Shown here piece after piece: positions 17,527 to 25,162 of a DNA stretch of 25,327 nucleotides. The notes below the pieces were generated by a model. It was not told the origin of the DNA and did no database searches. It worked only from the letters and a program-made list of their open reading frames with translations. The translations under genes were made by a program, and so were the position numbers. This DNA is from a virus (taxonomy: Duplodnaviria > Caudoviricetes). Location of the stretch: IMG/VR virus record IMGVR_UViG_3300031963_000864, positions 1 through 25,327 of that record; one strand, 5' to 3'. Each line of letters starts with the position of its first letter. The stretch's first letter is position 1.

Positions 17527-18668
17527 TAACTAATACTGGCAAAACCATTATTGCAAAATATTTGCTTGGTCAAGCACCAGCCTATGCCTCTTATCTTGCT
17601 ATTGGTTGTGGTGCTACACCATTAACTACTGGAGATCCTCTTGGAAATTATTCAGCAAAACAAAATTTAGATTTTGAAATGTTTCGTGTTCCAATCTCTT
17701 CAAGGGGATTCGTAAATGAGGGTGGATTAGATAAAATTGTTTTAACCGCAGAACTTCCAACAGAAGAAAGGTATGAAATTTCAGAAATTGGAATTTATTC
17801 TGCAGGATCAAATCCATCTGCTGGAGCATATGATAGCAAAACAGTATTTGCTTTTACACAAACAGAAAATTGGCAATACGTTACTGGTGGATCAGCAGTA
17901 GCAATTGACACATTTTCTAGTGCATTAGATGAGCCTGAGTATGATAATATTATTGCAGTTGCAGATCCAGTTTTTCAAACAAGCGCAGATAATCCAATAT
18001 TTTTTAAATCTCCAAGAGTAGAAAGATATGAAAGACCAAGATTTTTAAATAATACAATTTTAATAAAGGGTAATGAGTCAGATCTTGACATAGAGTCTGA
18101 TAGTGGTCCAGCGCAAGATACTTTTGAAATAAGTGCAGGATCAAATTATATTAAACTAAGCGGTGCAACAGTTGATTTTACAAGAAACTCTCCAACAGAT
18201 GAACTAAGATTGGCGTTTTCAATAGTAAACAGGGATGGAACTTACGGATCTGGCACACAGCCAGAAAGGGCTAGAGTTTTGGTTTCATTTGAAAATACAA
18301 ACGGAACACAGTTTGCAAGACTTGAAGCAGAGGTTATTGATGATAGTAGTGGTGGACAATATGATTTTGCAACAGAAAGATATTTTGTTGTAACAAAGCA
18401 ACTTCAACAACTATATAGAACATCTGAATTTGATTGGAATGCAGTTTCAGTGGTCAAAATATATGCGTGTGTTATTGATGGAGTCAATCCATCTGGCAAC
18501 TATTATGTGGCGCTGGATGCTTTAAGACTAGAAAATATTGGTACAGTAAATCCACTTTATGGTTTAACTGGATATTCAGTAGTTCAAAACATAGACGCAT
18601 CAACTATTGTAAAAAGTCCTAATACTAGCAATTATATTGAGTTTAGATTTTCAGTTGGTGTAACATAA
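17523..18668 (+). CDS. Minor tail / baseplate protein
   Basis: 381 aa, ATGA overlap. The N-terminus MITNTGKTIIAKYL..YLAIG.G..ISEIGIY resembles tail-collar/fibre attachment domains. Confidence 0.6.
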   Translation: MITNTGKTIIAKYLLGQAPAYASYLAIGCGATPLTTGDPLGNYSAKQNLDFEMFRVPISSRGFVNEGGLDKIVLTAELPTEERYEISEIGIYSAGSNPSAGAYDSKTVFAFTQTENWQYVTGGSAVAIDTFSSALDEPEYDNIIAVADPVFQTSADNPIFFKSPRVERYERPRFLNNTILIKGNESDLDIESDSGPAQDTFEISAGSNYIKLSGATVDFTRNSPTDELRLAFSIVNRDGTYGSGTQPERARVLVSFENTNGTQFARLEAEVIDDSSGGQYDFATERYFVVTKQLQQLYRTSEFDWNAVSVVKIYACVIDGVNPSGNYYVALDALRLENIGTVNPLYGLTGYSVVQNIDASTIVKSPNTSNYIEFRFSVGVT

Positions 18669-19168
18669 TGGCGGATGCAGGAATTAAAAAGATAAGAATA
18701 AAACAAGGAAATCTTCCTACAATAAATGTGAATGAAGAAGGATATGTTTTAAAGTACAGGGTAGTTTCCGAAGACAAAAATAGAACATCTCAATGGTCAC
18801 CAATATCAGTCATTCAACCAGGATATACATATGTTGGTGGTGATATATCTTTTAACAAATCAGGACAAGTTGCAACCTTTGCTTGGGATTCTGTTTCAAT
18901 ACAAATAGATGGAAATCAAATTAGAAGATCACATGAATTTGATATATGGTTAAAATGGGATAGAAGCGATGGGGGAGATTGGATTTATAAACAAAGAATT
19001 GATGGCACCAATGCTTCTTTTCCAATTCCAAGTACATATACAATAAATGGAGTAGTTCAAGGTTCTGCACCTAATAAACTTTCAATAGAAGTATATTTAA
19101 AAGGAACACCAATCACTAGAGATTCTTCTTTTTTATTAGTCTATGAAGATGGTCCACACACCGTTTAA
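18668..19168 (+). CDS. Minor tail protein, hypothetical (possibly FN3/Ig-like beta fold)
   Basis: 166 aa, TAATG coupling. YRVVSEDKNRTSQWS and FAWDSV are FN3-like patterns. Confidence 0.5.
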   Translation: MADAGIKKIRIKQGNLPTINVNEEGYVLKYRVVSEDKNRTSQWSPISVIQPGYTYVGGDISFNKSGQVATFAWDSVSIQIDGNQIRRSHEFDIWLKWDRSDGGDWIYKQRIDGTNASFPIPSTYTINGVVQGSAPNKLSIEVYLKGTPITRDSSFLLVYEDGPHTV

Positions 19169-19177
19169 TGATATACT
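19169..19177 (+). promoter_or_regulatory. Extended -10 motif TGATATACT
   Basis: In a 25-nt gap and followed by SD AGGAGG (19183-19188). Confidence 0.55.
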
Positions 19178-19193
19178 TTAATAGGAGGAAATA

Positions 19194-19634
19194 ATGGCTA
19201 AGGTACCACTACCAGAAAGAGGACAACCTCTTGATGTTACATATTTATATAGTTTAGTTGATGCTGTAAATGACCTTTCTACACAGGTTGCGTCTACAAC
19301 TACTAACAAAACTGTTATAGATACAACTAGCGCTGGCAAACAAGAAATTAAAACTTCTAATTCAAGAATAATTGGTGGCTATGTTGAAGTTGCTAATAAC
19401 TCAACAGTTTCTGCTGGAAATGAAAAAACTTTTACATATGACTTTAAAGACTTTAAGTATCCACCAATTGTTTCGGCTACTCCAGTAAATATTGGACAAA
19501 CACCAGCAGGACAAAACGTAAATGTTATTTTAAAGAGTGTTACAGAAACAAGAGTTGAAGGCATTGTGAGATTTGGGGCTTCTGGCGACTTATCTTTAGC
19601 AGTACATTTGATTATTGTTGGAATTCCAAACTAA
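19194..19634 (+). CDS. Small tail-associated protein; C-terminal beta domain resembling H-type lectin / fibre-tip folds
   Basis: 146 aa with a strong SD. TFTYDFKDFKYPPIVSATP...VHLIIVG matches the F...F..pP.V..t...v.wia.G pattern of phage fibre C-terminal domains. Confidence 0.5.
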   Translation: MAKVPLPERGQPLDVTYLYSLVDAVNDLSTQVASTTTNKTVIDTTSAGKQEIKTSNSRIIGGYVEVANNSTVSAGNEKTFTYDFKDFKYPPIVSATPVNIGQTPAGQNVNVILKSVTETRVEGIVRFGASGDLSLAVHLIIVGIPN

Positions 19635-19644
19635 TAATAAACTT

Positions 19645-19836
19645 ATGATTTTTTGTAAAAAATGTAGGGGTAGAACTTTTGTTGATAGACAATACAGCAG
19701 TATTCAACATATGGAAACATATTGTGTTGTGTGTGGATTAAGAAGATTTTTTCATCCTCCGACAGAAAGTGAAGAAGGAAAATGGTTACTAGCAAAGGAA
19801 TTATCCAGGGCGAAATTTACAATAACGAAACTGTAA
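19645..19836 (+). CDS. Small Zn-ribbon protein (CxxC...CxxC)
   Basis: MIFCKKCRGR...YCVVCG. ATG 19645 is preferred over the track start at 19615, which overlaps the upstream gene. Confidence 0.65.
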   Translation: MIFCKKCRGRTFVDRQYSSIQHMETYCVVCGLRRFFHPPTESEEGKWLLAKELSRAKFTITKL

Positions 19837-20324
19837 TAAAAGGAAATAAAAAAATATGGTTTCTAAATAATGACTTGGTAAGGCTTCACCATAGTTCACG
19901 ATCTACTGGAATGGTTTCTGTTTATAACATAACCAAAGATAGAATTGAAACTTGTTTACGTTCAGATTTTAGAAAAAAAAGAGAAAGAGCATATACAGTT
20001 GCAGAGACTGCTAAATTAATTAATCGTCATAGAAAATATATGCCAAAATTAATTAAAACTGGAATGATTCCACCACCAGTTGGTGCAAGGCTAAATGGTG
20101 AAAGAGGTTGGCAAATTAGATCTTATTATTCAGAAAGCATGGTAAGAGAGATCCGTGCTATACTGGCTACTATACATATAGGACAACCAAGAAAAGATGG
20201 ACTTATAACAAATAATATGACACCCACAAGCCAAGAATTGACACGGCGAATGGGAGACGGTATACTTACATATACAAAGACAGAAGATGGTAGATTTATT
20301 CCTGTTTGGGCAGAGAATATTTAA
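19782..20324 (+). CDS. DNA-binding protein with MerR/excisionase-type winged HTH
   Basis: 180 aa. YTVAETAKLINRHRKYMPKLIKTGMIPPP...RSYYSESMVREI fits the MerR-like HTH pattern; there is an extra ~65-aa N-terminal segment. Confidence 0.65.
   Translation: MVTSKGIIQGEIYNNETVIKGNKKIWFLNNDLVRLHHSSRSTGMVSVYNITKDRIETCLRSDFRKKRERAYTVAETAKLINRHRKYMPKLIKTGMIPPPVGARLNGERGWQIRSYYSESMVREIRAILATIHIGQPRKDGLITNNMTPTSQELTRRMGDGILTYTKTEDGRFIPVWAENI
20238..20266 (+). promoter_or_regulatory. Consensus sigma70/sigmaA promoter TTGACA-N17-TATACT inside the HTH gene
   Basis: TTGACA 20238-20243, 17-nt spacer, TATACT 20261-20266; about 80 nt upstream of ATG 20344 at the head of the replication genes. Confidence 0.75.
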
Positions 20325-20343
20325 TAGCAGAAATGGTGGGGTA

Positions 20344-20556
20344 ATGGAAAACGAAAACACAAAAATATCAGTAGCACTTGGATATACTCTTAATTTAGGA
20401 AATTTTCAATCACTAAGGTTTGACTTTGGAATAGTTGACTCTAAGCGTGATGGCGAAAATACAGAACAGGCCTTTGAAAGAATATACAAATTTGTTGAAG
20501 ACAAATTAACAGAAAAAGTTAAAGAGGCAGAAGCAGAGTCTGATAGCAAAGAATAA
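20344..20556 (+). CDS. Small phage hypothetical protein
   Basis: 70 aa from ATG 20344, preceded by G-rich GGTGGGG; preferred over the track start at 20287. Contains ISVALGYTLNLGNFQSLRFDFG followed by a helix. Confidence 0.65.
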   Translation: MENENTKISVALGYTLNLGNFQSLRFDFGIVDSKRDGENTEQAFERIYKFVEDKLTEKVKEAEAESDSKE

Positions 20557-20864
20557 TGGCTGAACGCAAAGACCGAATGGCTTTGCTAAGTAGATATAAC
20601 AAACTACATCTACAAAAGTACGAAGCCAAAAGCAACATGAATCTCAATGTTGAGCAATGGGCTGCAGATGCACTTGTTGAATCTTATGGAATAGGAATAT
20701 GTTATGACTTATTGGATTATTATTTTAATATTGCTTCTTCCCCTTCTTGGAATTACTTTGCATACAATGCGGAAAAAATATTGGAAGCAAAATTAGAAGT
20801 AGAACAAGATATTAAAGAAAGACAGGAAAGAAGAAAATTAGCAAGAAGGTGGATTAGTGAATAA
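20556..20864 (+). CDS. Hypothetical protein upstream of the helicase
   Basis: 102 aa, TAATG-coupled upstream and overlapping the helicase start; helical and aromatic-rich. Confidence 0.6.
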   Translation: MAERKDRMALLSRYNKLHLQKYEAKSNMNLNVEQWAADALVESYGIGICYDLLDYYFNIASSPSWNYFAYNAEKILEAKLEVEQDIKERQERRKLARRWISE

Positions 20865-22080
20865 TACAGAAGCAAAATTAATTAGTGCCGTATTAAATGA
20901 TAAACAAATTCATGTTTTGCTGCAAGCCAACATTGACAATCTTTTAAGAACTCACAATGATGTATGGAATTTTATTAGATTGTATTCAGAAAACAACCAA
21001 TCAGTTCCACCAGCATCTTTGGTAGTAGAAAAATTTAGAGATTTTGTTCCAGTAGATGGCGTTGGAGCAACAAAGCATCACCTTGAAGAACTACAAGCAG
21101 AATATTTAAATGATAGCCTAAAAGATATTTTGCGTAATGCAGCATCTGAAGTTCAGGTTGGCAATGGCTCAAATGCTCTTGAACATTTAATTACAAAAAC
21201 ATCAGAGTTAAAAAAGAATACTGCTGCAATTAGAGATATTGAAGTTACGGATTTAGAGTCAGCAGTTGCATATTTTGAAAATGTAAAGAAAATGCAAGAT
21301 CTTGGACATATTGGTATTAAGACAGGTTTACCAGGATTTGATAACTATTTACCTTCTGGAATTATGCCAGGACAACTTGGTGTGTTCTTAGCATACCCAG
21401 GTATTGGTAAATCTTGGCTAGCATTATATTTCGCAGTACAAGCATGGAAACAAGGTCGCAGTCCACTTGTTATAAGTCTTGAAATGTCTGAAACGGAAGT
21501 TCGTAATCGTGTATTTGCAATTATGGGTGAAGGCTTATGGTCTCACCGCAAACTTAGCAATGGAGAAGTAGAAATTGATATGCTTAAAAAATGGCATGCT
21601 GAAAAGTTAGCGGGTAAACCAGAATTTCACATCATCTCAAATGATAATGGCGGAGATGTAACTCCATCTGTTATACGTGGAAAAATTGATCAATATAGAC
21701 CAGACTTTGTTATCGTAGACTATTTACAACTTATGTCTCCAAACCAAAAATCTGATAATGAAACAGTACGTATGAAAAACTTATCTCGTGAACTTAAATT
21801 AATGTCAATTAGTGAAGAGGTTCCTATTATTGCTATTTCTTCTGCTACGCCTGATGATGTTAAAGATCTTTCTACACCGCCAACTTTAGGACAAACTGCA
21901 TGGTCTAGACAAATTGCTTATGATGCTGATTGGGTAATGGCACTTGGTCGTGCTACGAATAGTGATATTATTGAATGTGTATTTAGAAAAAATAGAAATG
22001 GTTTTATGGGAGACTTTTTAGTTCAAGTAGACTTTGATAGAGGATATTATAGATATAAAGACTATGAGGATAAAGCATGA
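20857..22080 (+). CDS. dnaB: DnaB-like (SF4) replicative helicase
   Basis: 407 aa, GTG start. IKTGLPGFD, Walker A AYPGIGKS, H1a SLEM, Walker B IVDYLQLM, LSRELK, YDAD and KNRNG are present. Confidence 0.95.
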   Translation: MNNTEAKLISAVLNDKQIHVLLQANIDNLLRTHNDVWNFIRLYSENNQSVPPASLVVEKFRDFVPVDGVGATKHHLEELQAEYLNDSLKDILRNAASEVQVGNGSNALEHLITKTSELKKNTAAIRDIEVTDLESAVAYFENVKKMQDLGHIGIKTGLPGFDNYLPSGIMPGQLGVFLAYPGIGKSWLALYFAVQAWKQGRSPLVISLEMSETEVRNRVFAIMGEGLWSHRKLSNGEVEIDMLKKWHAEKLAGKPEFHIISNDNGGDVTPSVIRGKIDQYRPDFVIVDYLQLMSPNQKSDNETVRMKNLSRELKLMSISEEVPIIAISSATPDDVKDLSTPPTLGQTAWSRQIAYDADWVMALGRATNSDIIECVFRKNRNGFMGDFLVQVDFDRGYYRYKDYEDKA

Positions 22081-22802
22081 AAAATAAAAAAATTATTTTT
22101 GAAGCATCAAGCCAACATTCAGAAATTTTATTAAGTCCACCAACTCCTGCAACTAATGTTGTGCCTGAATGGTTTAAAAAACAAAAAAATTACTCAAATG
22201 ATGAAAACAATATATTAAAAGCACATAAAAAAAGAAATAATTTTAGTACATATAAAATGTGTGTTCCAATAACAGACAGCATAACTAGTGGATATATGAT
22301 GTTAAGCCCAGCAGATATACTTATAGAAAATGTTGGAAATGAAACACACTATGTTCCATATATTAACTGGAAAACAACTTTTGAAGTTGTTGATTTGCAG
22401 CCACCAGAGGCAGTTGCAAACTATCCAATACCAGTAGGATTTAGTTCGGAATCTTTTAGATGGATGAATGATTGGAAAGTAACAACTCCAAATGGATATA
22501 GTTTATTTATTACACATCCATTACATAGACATGATTTGCCATTTTTTACATTAAGTGCAATAGTTGATGCAGACAAACACCCTAATAAATTGTTATTGCC
22601 ATTTTTTGTTAAAAAGGGTTTTGAAGGTATAATTCAAGAAGGAACTCCAATTGCACAAATTATGCCTTTTAAAAGAAATAATTGGAAATCAGAAAAAAAA
22701 TCATTTAAAAATGAAACAACTATATTTTATGATAATTTTATTAAATTAAATTTTGCAAGAACTTATAAAAATAAAATTTGGACTAGAAAAAAGTATACGT
22801 AA
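22077..22802 (+). CDS. Hypothetical protein, dUTPase-fold-like (possibly DUF6065-related), paralog 1
   Basis: 241 aa, AT-rich. Motifs PEWFK, KMCVP..D..SGY, TPNGYS, HPLHR.DLPF, SAIVDAD and EGTPIAQIMPFKR are shared with 24419..25162. Confidence 0.6.
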   Translation: MKNKKIIFEASSQHSEILLSPPTPATNVVPEWFKKQKNYSNDENNILKAHKKRNNFSTYKMCVPITDSITSGYMMLSPADILIENVGNETHYVPYINWKTTFEVVDLQPPEAVANYPIPVGFSSESFRWMNDWKVTTPNGYSLFITHPLHRHDLPFFTLSAIVDADKHPNKLLLPFFVKKGFEGIIQEGTPIAQIMPFKRNNWKSEKKSFKNETTIFYDNFIKLNFARTYKNKIWTRKKYT

Positions 22803-23726
22803 ATGATTAAAGATTCATATACAGCAGAACAAGTTAAACGTATCTTAACTGGCTCTGGTATTGATATTGAAGCAGAGTACGGAACTGATTATATTATTTT
22901 TTGTCCGTATCACAATAATAATAGAACTCCTGCTGGAGAAGTGTCAAAAGATCACGGAATGTTTTTTTGTTTTGGATGTCAAACCACAAAAACTTTAATT
23001 GAATTTGTAATGTATACATCAAATAGAACATACTTTGAAGCAGTTAGATATATTAAAAGCAAAGAACAAGAAACAAGTATTGAAGAATCTATTAACAAAA
23101 CATTAATAAATAAACCAGAGTTTATTCAATATGACGAGTTATTAATTAAAAGATTAAATAATCAAGCATTAGAATCTCCTAGGGCAATTAGATATTTTGA
23201 AGGAAGAAAAATCACTAAAGACTCAATAGATAAATTTAGTCTTGGATATTCTGAAAAGCAGGATTCTGTAACTATTCCAATTCATTCTCCAGACGGAATG
23301 TGCATAGGGTTTGTTGCTAGAACTGTTGAAGGCAAAGAATTTAAAAATACACCAGGCTTGCCAAAAGGAAAGATTCTTTTTAATTTACATAGAATTAAGA
23401 CGTCAAATATTGTTTATGTAGTAGAATCATCTTTTGATGCAATAAGATTGGATCAAGTAGGTTTCCCTGCCGTTGCTACGTTGGGGGCTAATGTTTCTGC
23501 AGCACAGATAAGACTATTAGAAAAATATTTTAATAGTATTGTTTTAATTGCAGATAACGATGATGCAGGAGTAATCATGAGAGACAAGTTGATTGAAAAA
23601 CTTGGACCCATTGTTACTTCTGTTTATATAGATAAAAAATATAAAGATATAGGCGATATGGATGATGAGGCAATTAAAAAATTGGAGTTTCAGTTTGACA
23701 ATTCTATCATCGGCATGTTAAAATAG
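22803..23726 (+). CDS. dnaG: DnaG-like DNA primase
   Basis: 307 aa with a CHC2 Zn finger (CPYH...CFGC), GFVAR, and TOPRIM motifs VVES.FDA, VATLG and IADNDDAG, plus KDIGD. Confidence 0.93.
   Translation: MIKDSYTAEQVKRILTGSGIDIEAEYGTDYIIFCPYHNNNRTPAGEVSKDHGMFFCFGCQTTKTLIEFVMYTSNRTYFEAVRYIKSKEQETSIEESINKTLINKPEFIQYDELLIKRLNNQALESPRAIRYFEGRKITKDSIDKFSLGYSEKQDSVTIPIHSPDGMCIGFVARTVEGKEFKNTPGLPKGKILFNLHRIKTSNIVYVVESSFDAIRLDQVGFPAVATLGANVSAAQIRLLEKYFNSIVLIADNDDAGVIMRDKLIEKLGPIVTSVYIDKKYKDIGDMDDEAIKKLEFQFDNSIIGMLK
23695..23724 (+). promoter_or_regulatory. Sigma70/sigmaA promoter TTGACA-N18-TAAAAT with extended TG, inside the primase 3' end
   Basis: TTGACA 23695-23700, TG 23716-23717, TAAAAT 23719-23724; SD AAGGAG lies upstream of ATG 23756. 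Confidence 0.7.
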
Positions 23727-23755
23727 ATAAAAGCATACAAGGAGAAAAAAATAAT

Positions 23756-24412
23756 ATGACTATAGTAAAGGGACTAAAAAACATTAATGCCCTAGTTGAC
23801 AAACCAAAATATGATGAAAACTCTCCAAAGGTAAGATGGTTAAAACTTGCCGACGGACAATCAGCAAAAATCAGATTCATTGAAGAACTTGATGAAGATT
23901 CTGCAAACTATAATCCCGAAAGAGGGTTAGCACTTGTTGTAAAAGAACACGTAAATCCAAAAGACTATAAACGCAAGGCTGTAGACACAATGGAAACAGA
24001 AGGTCGTGACTGGGCAGAAGAAATGCACCGTAAAGATCCAAAGGCTGGCTGGAGAGCACGTCTTCGTTTTTACTGCAATGTTCTAGTAGACGACGGCATT
24101 GAGGCACCATATACCGCTATTTGGTCAATGGGTGTTAGCAAGCAATCAGCATTTAATACAATTCGTGAGTATGCTCTTGAAACAGGCAGCATCTCAAATG
24201 TAAACTGGAAATTAAAGCGTAATGGTCAGGGTACTGAAACAAGTTATACATTAATTCCATCTGCACCAGATACAGAACCATATGATTGGTCAGCAGTTAA
24301 GCCTTATCCGCTTGAGTTAGCACTAAAGAAAATTCCTTATGCTGAACAAGAGGCATTTTATTTAGGGTTTGATACTCCATCTTTAACTTCATCAAGTAAT
24401 GCAGATTGGTAA
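23756..24412 (+). CDS. Single-stranded DNA-binding protein (T4 gp32-like / phage OB fold)
   Basis: 218 aa. WLKLADGQSAKIRF, RFYCNVLV and WKLKRNGQGTETSYTL match phage gp32-like SSB patterns; the tail ends in an aromatic residue (..ADW); lies between primase and polymerase. Confidence 0.75.
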   Translation: MTIVKGLKNINALVDKPKYDENSPKVRWLKLADGQSAKIRFIEELDEDSANYNPERGLALVVKEHVNPKDYKRKAVDTMETEGRDWAEEMHRKDPKAGWRARLRFYCNVLVDDGIEAPYTAIWSMGVSKQSAFNTIREYALETGSISNVNWKLKRNGQGTETSYTLIPSAPDTEPYDWSAVKPYPLELALKKIPYAEQEAFYLGFDTPSLTSSSNADW

Positions 24413-24418
24413 AAATAC

Positions 24419-25162
24419 TTGAAAAAAATTAGTTTTGTTCCAGTTAATGCAAGGGTAGAAAATAATATACCTATGCCAAAACCAGCAAAACTATATATTC
24501 CAGAATGGTATAAGGAATCTCATTCGTTTTTTAATTTTGAAAATAATTCTTATGTAAATAAGTTATCTTTTTCAAATTATGGGGTTCCTTCTACTACTAT
24601 GAAAATGTGTATGCCATTTTTAGATACTTTTTCTTTTGGATACATACAAGAAACTTGGTCTGATATTTTTATAGAATATAAAAACAATAAGGTTATTTAT
24701 CATTATGCCTATAGTCCAGAACCAGAGTTTCCAATTATTCAGGAAAGACCATTAGAACTTTTAGGTAAAATACCAGTTCCAGTTGGTTTTAGAGGAGATA
24801 TTTTTTTTAATTGGCCAAGGGTTTGGAATCCAATTTTACCAAAAGGTTATAGTTCAATAATTACTCATCCACTTAATAGAGACGACTTACCATTTAAGTG
24901 TTTATCTGGAATTATTGATTCTGATAGATATTTTTCTCCTGGAAAAGTAGGATTTTTTATAAAAGATGGATTTACTGGATTAATACCAAAAGGAACTCCT
25001 ATGTATCAAATAGTTCCCTTTAAAAAAGAATCATGGGAAACCAAAAAACTTAGTAATAAAAATAAAATTTTAAAATCTTTAGAAATTCAAAAAAATAATA
25101 TTTTTTCTACTTTTTATGGTGGATATAAAAAAAATTATTGGAATAAAAAAAGTTTTAAATGA
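24419..25162 (+). CDS. Hypothetical protein, dUTPase-fold-like (possibly DUF6065-related), paralog 2
   Basis: 247 aa, TTG start with no SD, very AT-rich. Motifs PEWYK, KMCMP..D..FGY, LPKGYS, HPLNR.DLPF, SGIIDSD and KGTPMYQIVPFKK. Confidence 0.6.
   Translation: MKKISFVPVNARVENNIPMPKPAKLYIPEWYKESHSFFNFENNSYVNKLSFSNYGVPSTTMKMCMPFLDTFSFGYIQETWSDIFIEYKNNKVIYHYAYSPEPEFPIIQERPLELLGKIPVPVGFRGDIFFNWPRVWNPILPKGYSSIITHPLNRDDLPFKCLSGIIDSDRYFSPGKVGFFIKDGFTGLIPKGTPMYQIVPFKKESWETKKLSNKNKILKSLEIQKNNIFSTFYGGYKKNYWNKKSFK

Noticed and set aside
19615-19644. Track start at 19615 for the Zn-ribbon ORF
   Set aside because: It is a TTG overlapping the upstream gene; ATG 19645 just before the first CxxC is more plausible.
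20287-20343. Track start at 20287
   Set aside because: It overlaps the HTH gene; ATG 20344 has a G-rich SD-like sequence and no overlap.
22077-22802. Calling the paralogs true dUTPases, homing endonucleases or intron ORFs
   Set aside because: Only partial dUTPase-like motifs are visible, there are no HNH, GIY-YIG or LAGLIDADG motifs, and the flanking genes are intact rather than split.
212-24110. All minus-strand ORFs in the track (60-127 aa)
   Set aside because: They lie antisense to well-supported + strand genes, show no recognisable motifs and look like shadow ORFs.
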